Shown here piece after piece: positions 11,728 to 24,137 of a DNA stretch of 64,000 nt (position 1 is its first letter; the number at the start of each line of letters is the position of its first letter). The notes under the pieces were generated by a model, which did not search any database, was not told where the DNA came from, and saw only the letters and a program-made list of their open reading frames with translations. Source of the DNA: Podarcis liolepis (taxonomy: Eukaryota). Where the stretch lies: NCBI GenBank assembly GCA_965112155.1, contig OZ218106.1; one strand, given 5' to 3'. Both the position numbers and the translations under genes were made by a program.

Positions 11728-12074
11728 AATGCAGGTGGCGCTGTGGTTTAAACCACAGAGCCTAGGGCTTGCTGATAGGAAGGTCGGGGGTTCGAATCCC
11801 CGCAATGCGGTGAGCTCCCGTTGCTCGGTCCCTGCTCCTGCCAACCTTGCAGTTCAAAAGCACACAGTGCAAGTAGATAAATAGGTACTGCTCTGGCGGG
11901 AAGGTAAATGGCATTTCTATGCACTACTCAGGTTCGCCAGAAGCAGCTTAGTCATGCTGGCCACATGACCCGGAAGCTGTACGCCGGCTCCCTTGGCCAG
12001 TAAAGTGAGATGAATGCCGCAAGCCCAGAGTCATTCGCAACTGGACCTAATGGTCAGGGGTCCCTTTACCCTTT
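11728..12074 (+). mobile_element. Full-length Sauria SINE
   Basis: tRNA-like head with B-box ggttcgaatccc, conserved body, tail ggtcaggggtccctttacccttt. tacagaa on both flanks may be a TSD. Confidence 0.95.
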
Positions 12075-12310
12075 AGATTACAGAACTGATGGAATTTGAT
12101 CATGCCAAAAGCATTGTGATTGGCCAGCTGCTCCCTCCTTATGACACAGTGCAAGACAAAGGAAAAGGAGAGGCAAGCAGCAGAAACCCAGTTAGAGTGT
12201 CTTTTATGCCCAATAATCACCTAGCAAAGAGGTATCAGGAAGCAAAGGAGTGTTTTGTATATAGTATATAGTATAGTATATAGCTTAGTATATAGAATAG
12301 TATATAGTTT

Positions 12311-12418
12311 AGAAGCCATACGCCAGCTCCCTCGGCCAGTAAAGCGAGATGAGCGCCGCAACCCCAGAGTCGGTCACGACTGGACCTAATGGTCAGGGGT
12401 CCCTTTACCTTTACCTTT
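12311..12418 (+). mobile_element. 5'-truncated Sauria SINE inserted in a (TATAG)n tract
   Basis: Matches 11972-12074, ends (ACCTTT)2, with atatagt on both flanks. Confidence 0.92.
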
Positions 12419-13863
12419 ATATAGTATACTATATAGATTATACTAGGAGGTAAAGGCTGCTTTCAGACAGCACTTCATTCTGTTTTCCTGTACCTGATAA
12501 TTTATGCATCAATGTGATCTTTTACATAATGTAAAAGCCACTTCTAGAAATCTAGTGGAATCTAGCAGAAATTTAGTCCTCATTTCTATGTTAATTGCTT
12601 CCGGGGGGGGGTTCCATAGTAACCTGAGAAATCACAGTAACTTAGTACTGTACTTTCCCTGCAGTCGTCCCCCCCTTGCGATGTGATGAAATTTGGGGTG
12701 GTATTCAAGCATACAGCCCCCCCCCATGTTTTTATGGGTGCATCATGTGGCAACAGAAGCACACATGCACATAAAAGGTGGTGACATCTCCAATGGTATC
12801 TGTCTGGTGTGAATGAAATTTAGCAGAACATGTGATCTAACGGTCACAGTTCCATAACATAACAGGTAATGGAAGAATGTTTAGAAATCAGAACAGAAAC
12901 ACTAGCATAATCAGGAAAACCAACACAATAATCCCCGTGTCAAAATGCACCCATGGGAAAGACAAGACTGTGACCATAAGGTGAAGGTAGTATATAAATA
13001 GTCATATAAATAAAATAAATATTCAGAAATGCAGTAAGATTTAGAACGTACATAGGAAGAAATAGTAAGCAAAGCAGAAGCCAGCTGTAGAAGGGCTTGT
13101 ATGTATGTATGTACCGTATGTATGTATGTATGATCTTGACTGCAACATGTCACCTACTGTCACTTTTCCTTTGACATGAATGCCCTTTTTCATCTGGGTC
13201 CCCAGTGGCCAATCTTTCTTTTTCTTTTGATCCCTTCAGGATTTCTGGCTTCCATGCACAGCCACCTGTTTCACACAGGCAAAAACTCCCACTGAAGTGC
13301 CTTGCAGTTTCCCCCCAGTGCAAAACAGACATGGGATCTCAGCAGCTATAAAGGGTTTTAAAAACCACCCCTCATACTAGGATCCCAATCCAGTCCAGTC
13401 CCTGTCTGTGGTCTATTTGTGTAACAAAAGAAAACCACACTCAAAAACAACACTAAAAGGCACAATGTAACATGTAGCTTGGCCACCACAGAAGTCTCAC
13501 GGTCTTTCTAAGATTTCAGTAAGAAAGATAGTGAAGACCAAGTCCAAGGAAGCTCTTTCTTCACTTTGAATAAGTTTGTTTGGGAAAGGAAGGCAGGCCC
13601 AGCCATAAAACTTGGTTGGCAGTGAAGATAAGTCCCTCCCGAACTTCAGAAGAGGTCTGGAGGACTCAGTTGATAATGAGGATTGTATTTGCCAGCTAGG
13701 ATAGTTTTGTTTCTAAACTCTAGTAATTCCAGAATTTGCAGGCCTCATTGCCTTCTATTGATCTTCTGATAGCAATCACAGAATGTAACATATGGGGGTG
13801 AGGGGAAGAAGGATACACTTGCGCCACTAAGAAACAATCACTTCTGTTCCCTTTTATGTTCTA

Positions 13864-13980
13864 GTTAATCACTTCATTTTAAAAAGGCCCAGCAGTTCCC
13901 AAAGTGTTTGCTTGCTTAAACTCCAGCTCCCGTACACTGTGTCATGAAAGTGCAAATGTTAATGATTAAAGCTATAAAAG
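13864..13980 (+). promoter_or_regulatory. Candidate HNF1 + FOXA + TATA motif cluster
   Basis: GTTAATGATTAAA (13958-13970), TATAAAAG (13973-13980), TGTTTGC (about 13905) and an HNF1 half-site GTTAATCA (13864), all in repeat-free sequence. Confidence 0.35.
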
Positions 13981-14791
13981 CGGACTGAAGCGAATAGTCA
14001 CTGAAGTCAAACACAGCCATCTCTCATTTTATCCTGCTGTCATCGTGTGGTGTGCTCCCAGATATGCAGTAATAAAGAGGAGGCTGAAGATGATAAATGG
14101 TTTTTCTGCCAGCTAGCTTCTGTTTTAAACCATCCCCTCTTGCCGCTATACCACCATCACCATCCCAAATAATCCGCTACTTATTGTGTAAGAGAGAGAA
14201 CAATATTAATGCAATGTTTTTTTGAAAGCATGTCATAAAAGTGGAAACTGGGTCCAAGATCATGAGTGGAGCAGCTCTAACAGGAGTGCTCAGTTTTTTT
14301 GCAAATTTATACTTCCTCCATTACCATTATCCAAAATTGCTCTCCTTCACATGTTAACTTTCTCATCTAAAGCTGGACATTTAACATGTTTCAGGCTGAC
14401 GTTCTTCATCCATGGGGCTGCAGATAGACCTCCAGTTTCATTTCCATAATAAACCTGCTTTCGGGACATTTATAAATCAGATACTTTAAATTTGATTCAA
14501 GCTATAATGATCTTTGTACATACGCCAGGGAGTGAGGCAATATTTTTCTGTATATTACCACTTCTTCTTGTTTAGTCATTTAGTCATGTCCTGCATTTCA
14601 GCCAATAGTCTGTAACCCACAATGAGGTACCTGGCTTTAAATTATCTCTTAATTACACAAAGAACAGAAAACAAACAGGATTTTGAAGGAACTCTGTGGA
14701 GTAGAAGGGTGAAGGGGAAATAGAGAGAAATAGTTTCTCTTGCTCAAACAGAAGTGTCTTTTACTTGTGCAGCAATACCAGTAAATCCAAA

Positions 14792-14794
<3 letters not shown>

Positions 14795-14849
<55 letters not shown>
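14795..14849. repeat. Compound (TC)n(AC)n microsatellite
   Basis: Direct reading. Confidence 0.95.
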
Positions 14850-16327
14850 TACACTGCATGCATAGAATGACATTTTCCCTGAAGCTGTCACTTGAAGAAA
14901 ATAAGAAGTCTGTATGTACATGACAATGATCTGATCTTTTATTTTATTACCATTTGAGGAGTTTTGCCTTCATCCAAAAATTGCTTGAATATTCCCTTTG
15001 CAGCAGTTATCTGTTTTTGTTTTTATACGTATCCAGTTCCAAAATTCATGTCCTTTACATTTTCCTTGTTCTAGAATGTGTGTGTGTGTGTTTGTGTGCT
15101 TGCACACACACATCTTGTCATGGCATTTCTCTCTCCACCCCACCCCCAATATATTATTAAAGATTTTATTAAAGCTTTTTCATGATAGAATAATATCAAA
15201 TAAACTAATCTAAACAAAAACAGAAAGAGAAAGAGAAAAGAAAACTCTGACAAATATGAAAGATCAGAAAAGAGAAAGGCTTCTGTGTGTTGATGAGGAG
15301 ATGATAGTTTGGTTATCTCAAATTAGACCTAATATAAATGAGATTACCCAGCGAAAGCAAGCTCACACCTCTCACTGAGTTTGCATACATGCTTGAGGTA
15401 CATATGTAAAAGGCTAATTTATAATGATATTTTGGGAATGATTCATTATCTTATGTAACTGCATTGTTTTATAGTTTCTGGATGTCCCATGATCATATTA
15501 TAAAGTACTTAGGTTCTATGTTATAAATCAAGCAGTGCTAGAAGTTGTTTTGTTTTGTTTTCCAATTTATTTCTTATCAATAAAAAAATCAGTGTGGTAC
15601 AAGCAAATTTTTGTTCTGTGGCCCAGAGAAAAAAGTTTGAGAAGCCTGCTTTAGACGTATTGAAATATTACTCTTTTTTTTTTTTTCCTATATGGAGAAT
15701 CTCCGGTTTGGAAAAACTGTAAATCAGGGCAAGAACCTCTTTTATTACAAATTAGGATAGAATCCAATCTGTATATTCTCAGTGGAGAAATACACTTAGT
15801 TCTGGCTTAAAAACACCCCCTCTCTAATGTGGACATATTTTCCTATATAACAGTGATCTCTGTGTAGAATAAAAAATAGTATGTGACATTGCTGTTACTA
15901 AAGGGTTTTTCTTTTGTACCTAATCAGCCTTTCTGCCATCTACACTTTTCTTCATCACCAGCAAATTGCCTCACCTTCCTGCATTCTTGTCTTCTGGGGT
16001 TACATGATACATAATGTGAACATAAAAGCTCTCTCTGCTTATCCTTGTAGCATTCATTACTTACATTTCTGTTTCTGAACTGTTCATTCTCACTTACCCT
16101 TCTGCCCTATTTTTTCCATTCTGTTTTGCATCCATTTAAAACTCTTGTGCCTTGTGCTATACACATACAACATCACTGATACTTGTAAGATAGATGGATT
16201 TTAGGTGTGTGGGGGGAAGATGCCCTTCTGCTTTATTTCTAAAAAGTCACTTAAAGGATATATAAATTAATATCCAAAGTATCCTCCTCGTCTGTACAAG
16301 AATTATTTCTATGTCTCTTCATAACAA

Positions 16328-16771
16328 TCCCATCCATGACATATGGCCATCCAACCTCTGCTTAAAAACTTCCAAGGAGGGAAGGTCCACCACTGTCTGA
16401 GGGAGTCTGTTCCACTGTCAAACAGCTCCTACCACCAGAAAGTTCTCTCAGATGTTTAGTCAGAATCTCATTTCTTGTAAGTTAAATCCATTGGATCAGG
16501 TCCTGTCCTCCAGAGCAGGAGAAAACAAGCTTGCTCCATCTTCCATGTAACAGCCCTTTAGATATTCGAAGATGGCTATCATATTTCCTCTCCGTCTCCT
16601 ATTTCCCTGGCTAAATATACTCAACTCCCTCAACCATTCCTCATAAGGCTTAGTTTACAGACCCTTTATCATCTTGGTCACCCTCCTCTGCATACTCTCC
16701 AACTTGCCAATATCCTTCTTAAATGGTGGTGCCCAAAACTGGACACAGTACTCCGGGTGTAATCTGACCAA
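16328..16771 (-). mobile_element. CR1 LINE ORF2 3' fragment
   Basis: The reverse complement aligns with 5757-6060 and extends into the EYCVQFWAP motif (aaaactggacacagtactcc). Confidence 0.9.
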
Positions 16772-16902
16772 GTTTGTCCTTCCCTTAACCGAACCTAGTA
16801 GCTGGAGGGGAGGAAAGAGACAGAAAAGGATATGCTGAGATGTGACTGGAAGTTATGAATAAAGCTTTTTCAAAGAATCATTAGAATCTTATTTCTCATC
16901 TG

Positions 16903-17423
16903 AATAATAATAATAATAACAACAACAATAATTTTTATTTACACCCCACCCTCCCCAGCCAAGGCCGGGCTCAGAGCAGCTTACAAGCAATAATAAAAAC
17001 AAGATGAATGATTACAACTTAAAAACAAAAATAAAATACAACATTAAAATAATGGAGCATTAAAATATTAAAATGTAGCCTCACTGCAGGAGGAGAAGGA
17101 AAAGAAAAAAGAAAGAGAGGGAGGGAATCCAATTGGCTCCAAGCCAAAGGCCAGGCGGAACAACTCTGTCTTACAGGCCCTGCGGAAAGAAATCAGATCC
17201 TACAGGGCCCTGGCCTCATGAGGCAGAGTGTTCCACCAGGCTGGAGCCAGAGTTGAAAAGGCCCTGGCTCTGGTTGAAGCCAATCTAACTTCCTTAGGGC
17301 CTGGGACCACTAGGGTGTTGCTATTTACGGACCTTGAGGCTTTCTGTGGGGCATACCGGGAGAGGCGGTCCTGTAGGTACGAGGGTCCTAGGCCACGAAG
17401 GGCTTTAAAGGTCAAAACCAGTA
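16903..17423 (-). mobile_element. 5'-truncated L2 LINE with an (ATT/GTT)n tail
   Basis: The minus-strand ORF reads KILVLTFKALRGLGPSYLQDRL...RAFSTLAPAWWNTLP; L2-type 3' end. Confidence 0.9.
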
Positions 17424-17805
17424 TTTTTAAGGTCAAAATGAAGAGGTAGATACAAAAACTGGCAGAAGGAGCGACCACGCAAAGCATGCAACCAACCTGA
17501 TCAAAACATTAGGTAAGAGATATTAAATAGTGCAATAAGAGAGGAGAAAGAGATAGCATCTTTGTCAAGTGCCTTCTTGGATTACATAACAACCTGCCTA
17601 GCCTATTCCTTCGATAAATGCTTCAGAAGGGCTTCTTCTAACCGCATTCATCTAATATAGGTTGTCAGTTAAATGATTTGATTAGAGTCTATGAAACGTA
17701 ACTTGTTCTCAGGTGGTCAACTGTACCATATGGATTAAAGCTTTGGGAGTAAAATGGATTAAAGGTTTCACTGGATTCCATCATCTTGCACATTTTATTA
17801 TTAAT

Positions 17806-17963
17806 ACTATTGGTCCATCTACCTCAGCAGTGTCTACATTGACTAGCAGATGCTCTCCATAGTGTCAGACAGGTGATGTTCACAGCGCTACCCAGAGATG
17901 CCAGGGATTGAACTGAAGCCTTCTACTTGAAAAGCAGATGCTTAGCACTAAGTTGTGGCTTTT
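17806..17963 (-). mobile_element. Squam2-like tRNA SINE, diverged
   Basis: Homologous to the 22869 and 51411 copies (ttggtccatctacctcag...ccagggattgaac). Confidence 0.7.
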
Positions 17964-18560
17964 GTCCATGGAGGAAGAGAGCTCTGGACATGCATATCAA
18001 GCTGCTAGAACACAGAGAGGTGCATGTTCAGTTCCCTTTTTGCACAATTGAGTTCTTGCTCACCCAAGAGCAATGATGTGTTATATTATTTGGCAGAGAC
18101 GTGAGCTTTGCTGTTCATAAAAATCCTAACAATTCCATCTACATTTAGATTATTGAATAACAGGCATTTTTTTAAAAAAAAAATGATGTACTGAATACCT
18201 CTGGAAGCCACCAGAACACAGATTGACAGTGGACTGGAACAAAAAACCCCAAAAACTGGGACCCTCAACATACAGCGCCTAACCCACAAAAAACACTTAT
18301 TTGAAATAAAACACAGATTCTACAGGGGTGGGGGGAGGTCAACCACATCTCTCATTTTGAGGTTTTTGAAATTTGTGGCTTTATAATTTACATCATATGT
18401 TGTAGTACAAAGAGCAACAGTGTTCATTTCGGATTTGCTTTTGAGTTAAGGAAAGAATAAATAAAGACATCTGTCTCCGGGTTTTCTGTTCCTTACTGCT
18501 CAGAGCAACTGATGAATGCGGATAGCTATTGCCTAGAAATGAGTACAAGTTATGGAACTA

Positions 18561-18768
18561 GTAAGAGCATAGAAAATATTAAAAGCTCTGCTGGATCAGG
18601 CAAAGGCCCATCTAGTTCTTATGGTGGTCAACCACAAGCCTATGAGAAGCCTGCAAGCAGGACCTTAGCACAACAGCATTTTCCTCATTTGTGGTTCTCA
18701 GCACAACATAGCCATTGTGGCTAGTAGTAGCCAATGATAACCTAATCCTCCATGCATTTGTCTAATCT
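18561..18768 (-). mobile_element. CR1-type 3'UTR fragment
   Basis: ctgctggatcaggcaaaggcccatctagt...tcctccatgcatttgtctaatc. The same family occurs at about 21141-21260, 46765-47025 and 51031-51312 (minus) and at about 19930-20080, 22625-22866, 23520-23632 and 27960-28098 (plus). Confidence 0.7.
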
Positions 18769-20675
18769 GTGTTGCTTGATATATTACATATGGTAGGAAA
18801 TTAGAGGTCAAGTCACCTGCCTGCCCCTTCCAGTTCCTCCCATAATGGTCCATAGGATGACTGCCTTTGTGATGGTTTCAGTAGCAGACTTCCTTCCTGG
18901 ATCAGACTTCCTTCCTGGATCAGCCAATCAGCAGTGGGGTTGGGGGTTATAATCTAAGTACTAAATAGGGATTATAATCTAAGTACAAAGCAGGCAAGTG
19001 CTATTATTATTTATTATTTATAGCCTGCCCATCTGGCTGGGTTTTCCCAGCCACTGTTCTGTTCTTGTTTATGTCAGTAAGACCCAGAAGTCTTCCCTCT
19101 TCCCCCCTTCCCTCAGGTAAGCTCCCCTACCTCCCCAGTGCAATTCTTTCTTCCATGATACACATTGCATGAGATAAAGTGCAGTCCAGGGAAGGGGTGT
19201 TCTAATGCAAGCTTAAAGTAAAGGTGACAAAATGCACTCACAATGCAAGAGAGTGCCAATTCAGCTTGAAGAACGAGAAGGTTCAGGTACTATGTAGGAT
19301 TATTGTTGCCCTGTTCATACATTCAGGATGAACACATGTAGGCTTCAGGTGGGATGGGGGCACACAAAGCCTGCTTCCAGCATCCCTGCCTGCACCGCTA
19401 CAAGTTCTGAGCTTTCCACATTGATCATGTCGTTTGATCATCGGTTTTGCAGCAACTGAGAAGAATTTCATGAAGAGAGCAAAGGGTTAACACTAATTAA
19501 AGAACTTTTGTCCATGTCACTGCAGTGCAGATGGAACAGCCTGCAAAGCTGACAGCACTTGGGCAGAATCTCATTTCACAGTTTGAACCTGAGAAGAACC
19601 TCTCGGGGACTCATAATCTATCCAGGCATCACAAGCCGGGCAAGCTCATATGCTGAACCAGGAAATTACAAAATTCAGCACCATCACTACTTGTCAGAGA
19701 TCTTAAAAGTTATGAATAACTAATAATATAATTATATAAAATAATGAGCTCACAGTCATGCCTGCTGGCAGGAGGGTTGTTGATTGACCAGTGGTGTGAA
19801 ATGTGGCAAGGCACCCCACTCCCCTCTGTTTCATAGGCAGTGATACTCTGAGCTAGGTAAAATTAATGAATTACCTTTCCCCTAATCCAGCCTAAGCTAT
19901 TCCTAGCTTTCCATTATGACAGGAAAACTACTTCCTGGCTCAGAGGCAGCATGCCACTAAATATCAGTTGATGGGAACTGAAAGAACTATTGCCCTCATC
20001 TCCTACTTCACAGAGGCATCTGGTTCACTGAGAAACAAGGTGCTCGCATGCATGGCTCTTTGGTTCAGCAGAGTTCTTCTTTTTAGTAAAATGGCATGGG
20101 CTTGGCATACGGATGTATTACAGCACACAACTAAGTTCCTTTTGTTATTTAATAAATAGCTTGTGAAATTAGCTTTCTAATCACTTCAACAGCTCACTGC
20201 AATTGTCAGCGCTGTTAGCGCCACCCTAAGTAAAGCACCAATATGCAGCCAATCAGAAAGCGGGGGGAGGGATGCAATACCAATGGTGTTGTCTCCACAT
20301 GCTGTGCTGCAATGCATGTGCTTCAACAACTTAGCCAAAATTTTCAACATGCCCCGTAAGCATATCGCATATGCTAAACAAAAGTAATTCCCAGTTTGGA
20401 ACAGCATAATGTGAATTCTTCATGAGATATGCCACTCACTTCCAAAGAGATATGTCACTCATTTCTAAGAGAATAATATGCAGTAACTGTTCTTTTCCTT
20501 AAAAAAATAATAATTCTGATGCCACATCTCAAAGATGAGGTCATTGTTGAAGTCAAAATATGTAAGCAGGAGTTCCCTAAAATGAGGTGTATAATCTGAG
20601 TTTATGCATGTTTACATGGGAGGGGAAATCCCATTTGCTCCATGGGGCTTGCTCCCTCAGCTAGGTGTGCATTGT

Positions 20676-20843
20676 TGACAGATTCTTGTTGTTGTCAACC
20701 ACACCTTAGGCCACCCCCAACCTCTCTCACCACCAAAGAAATACAACAAGAGAATAGTAAGAGAAAACACAATTTGAAAAAAAGAGAAAATGCACGTATT
20801 TTTGTAAACTAAGAAATCTTTAATAAAAATATGTTTTTAAAAA
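20676..20843 (+). mobile_element. Short retro-insertion (L1/Tx1-like 3' end) with a 15-bp TSD, inside a hairpin MITE
   Basis: Perfect direct repeat ctaggtgtgcattgt at 20661-20675 and 20844-20858; AATAAA at 20822 and an A-rich end. Confidence 0.75.
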
Positions 20844-22007
20844 CTAGGTGTGCATTGTATTTCAGTGTTACTTTTTATTTAATTCATCTACCTGGGTGGT
20901 TTTTAAAAACAGAAACAACAAAAAATACAATTCACTAAGACTGCATCCTGTTTCATTAAGTTTTTAAAAGCATGAACTTGCTTCACTCCCCTCCACCCAT
21001 ACCCCTAGATAGCTGAGGTTAAGTTTTCTTTTAATTTCCTTAGTTCTCTGCTTAATTTTTATGAGACTTGGTTTTCCCTATGAAACTTGCCATATCTAAC
21101 GGCAACTTCCCTGCCTTATCTTCTTCTGCATACATTTGTACATAGGAACATAAGAAGAGTCCTACTAGAGTTGGCCAGTCCACCTAGTCCAGCATTTTAC
21201 TGTCACAGTGGCCCGCCATATGCCTATGGGAAGCCCACAAGCCGAATCTGGGTCCCTCAAAACATGTTTGTTGCCTTGCTATTACTCTGTTACCGGTGAG
21301 GAGAGAGAGAGCATTCCCACTGATAAGGCAACCATGTTCACACGAACCATGTGGAGCATGCATAGCAACCCCTAGCATTGGGTTGCACATACAAAACGTG
21401 CCAACGCAAGACTGAGGAGTGACATCCATATTCAGACACACAGTTGGATGCAGACCCAACTGCATATGCCCTAATGCAGATGGCATTTCACTACACTGTG
21501 TGGCTTTCAAATGATCTGGAGGCACGCCTGTCTCATTGCAAGCAGCATGAAGTGTCCTAAAAGACTAATTTTACAAGGGGTGAAAATATCTGCAGAACTC
21601 ACACCCATTGCTTCACTTTGTTTCCATTAATAATTGCAAACAGACTTGAAATCGATTGTGAGGTGTGTCCTGATATCACTTTGAGAAATGCCTCATGGGT
21701 AACAACACAATATTCTGGGCTACCAGCTTTGAATTCATGTAATACAATAACTGACCTACAAAATGCAAGAGGCCATAGGATAAAGGTGTACATATGGGGC
21801 ATGAAAAAGCAATATGAAAAACCAGGAGAGGACTCTGTTAAAAAAAGAAGGCCGTTTTCATGTACCTTGAGCATAAGCCACAAACACATAGGACACAAAC
21901 CAAGTGAACTGTGGAGAGTCTGCCTATAACCAGTGAAGGCCTATTTACAGTGCTAGAGCACCTGTAAAAATCCTGGCTCCTGACCGCTGCCTGGAGAATA
22001 AAGTGGC

Positions 22008-22199
22008 CAGGGCCAGCCCAAGACATTATGTCACCTGAGGCAAACCACAAAATGGTATCCCCCCGCTCCTAGCCAGGGAAGAAGGGTAAGTGAAGATCTA
22101 CATTAGGAACAGGGTGGGGGGAGGACTAAATATTTAAATCAAGTTGTCATTGTAGAACCTACTGCCTGAAGCAGTCGCCTCATGGATGGGCCAGCCCTG
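22008..22199. mobile_element. hAT-like MITE
   Basis: TIRs cagggccagccca / tgggccagccctg; no TSD recognisable. Confidence 0.6.
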
Positions 22200-22868
22200 T
22201 CCAGGTTCCCTTTAGAAGCAGTATATAGAATTCATGGCAGAGTAAGTTAAATCACATATTATGCATTGCTTGTATAACTGGGGCAGGTTTCATGTCATCT
22301 TTAGAAACTGTTGCATGAAGTATATCCCAGAGTGCAAACTGATACCTTTGAACTTACAAGAATCTACAGATTTGCATTAAATAATACTGATGGCCTTTGC
22401 ATATAAATGTTTTCTGAAGTGTAAAGAAGCAGATATATTCTTCTGCTCCATACCTGCACAGCATGAATAGCAATGCAAAGCATTTGCAGATTAGCTTAAA
22501 AATATGTACATTTTGAATGTTTTCTCCAGTGCTGTGGGTGGAAGAGGAAATAGTAAAACATCTGATTAGTTACAGTTTTGAGAATATTTACACTATTGAA
22601 TATTGAATGAAGACACTCAAATGGGAACAGGTGGAGATGGCCTTTGAAAACGGAGGCAAATGCCCGGAGGATAGGTCTATCCATGGCTAATAGACATAAC
22701 AGTTAGAAATGGAACCCCTGTGATCAGAGGCAGGACATACCTGCCTATCATATCCTGGAAGTAACTTAGGGAGTTGCTATTTCCATCAAAATATTCGTGA
22801 GTTTCCCAGGGACACCTCAGTGGCCACTACTGGAGAGAGAGAAATGGGGTGGGGTGTTAAATAGACTT

Positions 22869-23035
22869 GGGAACAAAAGAAGCTGCCTTCTATCAAGTCA
22901 CACCATTGGTCCATCCAACTCAGTCTTGTCTACACCGACTGGCAGCCACTCTCCAGGGTTTCAGGAAGAAGTCTTCCCCAGCCTTACCAGAAGTGGCATA
23001 TGTACCAGGTGCTCTACCACTCAGCTACAGCCTTT
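22869..23035 (-). mobile_element. Squam2-like tRNA SINE with an internal deletion
   Basis: gaagctgccttc...ctggcagccactctccagggtttcagg...gctctaccactcagctacagcc. Confidence 0.8.
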
Positions 23036-24086
23036 GTCTAGCCCTTGTGTTTTGAACAGGCAAAATGGTTCCTACCATTTTTAATGGTGTTTTTTTTTTT
23101 AAGTGGGAGCATGATACTAAACAGACGATAACAGACAACATGCTTTTTGCCAACAGCATCTAAAAAAGGTTTACTGTTGTGAATAATAAAAGCCAGAACT
23201 ATGGAACGGCAATTAACTTTTGAAAGATAAATAGCATGGCACTGAGCAAGGGAAGATGCTTGTAAAATGGAAACCGGCAGGATCGGTGGGGAGATGGGAC
23301 AACAAATGAGGGCAGCCCTCACTCCCTCATCGTTCCCTGGGGCTTCTTGTGTGCCCTGGAGAAAGACAGAATAGGAAAAGAGCAGACCCTAGCAACACAT
23401 ACCTTCGGCTCCTGCAGCAACCATCAGTGGACTGAGAAAACTGTTGGGGTAACTCCCTCAACCCTCCCAGAGGCTACTTAAAGACCTCTCTGCCCTATCT
23501 GTGCTATCTTACCACTTGCTGGGATTTGCAAATAGGGAGCATTTTTGCTCAGGTCCTGCTGATGGGCTTTCCATATACCTCTGGCTGGTCAATGGGGGAA
23601 CAGGATTCTGGACTAGATGGGCCTCTTCTTATATTTTGTCACAATTTAGCAGTGCAAAATTGTAAACCATCTTGGGTGCCTTGGCAGCAAGGTAGTACAC
23701 AAATGCAGTACACTATATAAGTCAACCAGGGTCAGAGGCCAAGACCTCATACTTCAGTGACAGCCCTTTCCTAGATGATGGAAAGTCAGCAGAGTTACTA
23801 CCTTCCAATTTTCTAATTGAAAATTGAAACTAATTGAAACCACCAACTCAAGCAGGCTTATTTTAGCATTTTAATAATAATACTTTTATATTAATAAGCC
23901 AGGGTGGATCAAAAGGTTAAAAGTAGAGATGAATCAAATGTCAATAGTTCATGCAAATGTAGTTTAATTCATTCATTTCCCTTTTTTTTTGTTAACATTC
24001 CATCTCAACATTAAAGTTGGCAGAAAGAGAAACAGAGCACTGACACATGAGATTCTTTCTTTTTCTAGTCTCATATCTTAAACCCT

Positions 24087-24100
24087 TCTCTCTCTCTCTC

Positions 24101-24137
<37 letters not shown>
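24087..24137. repeat. (CT)n microsatellite
   Basis: Direct reading, one interruption. Confidence 0.95.

Noticed and set aside
11728-11810. tRNA-like sequence with A/B boxes
   Set aside because: It is the head of a Sauria SINE, not a tRNA gene; the same applies to the other SINE heads
14083-14110. CTGAAGATG hammerhead-like start
   Set aside because: No stem II or GAAA follows
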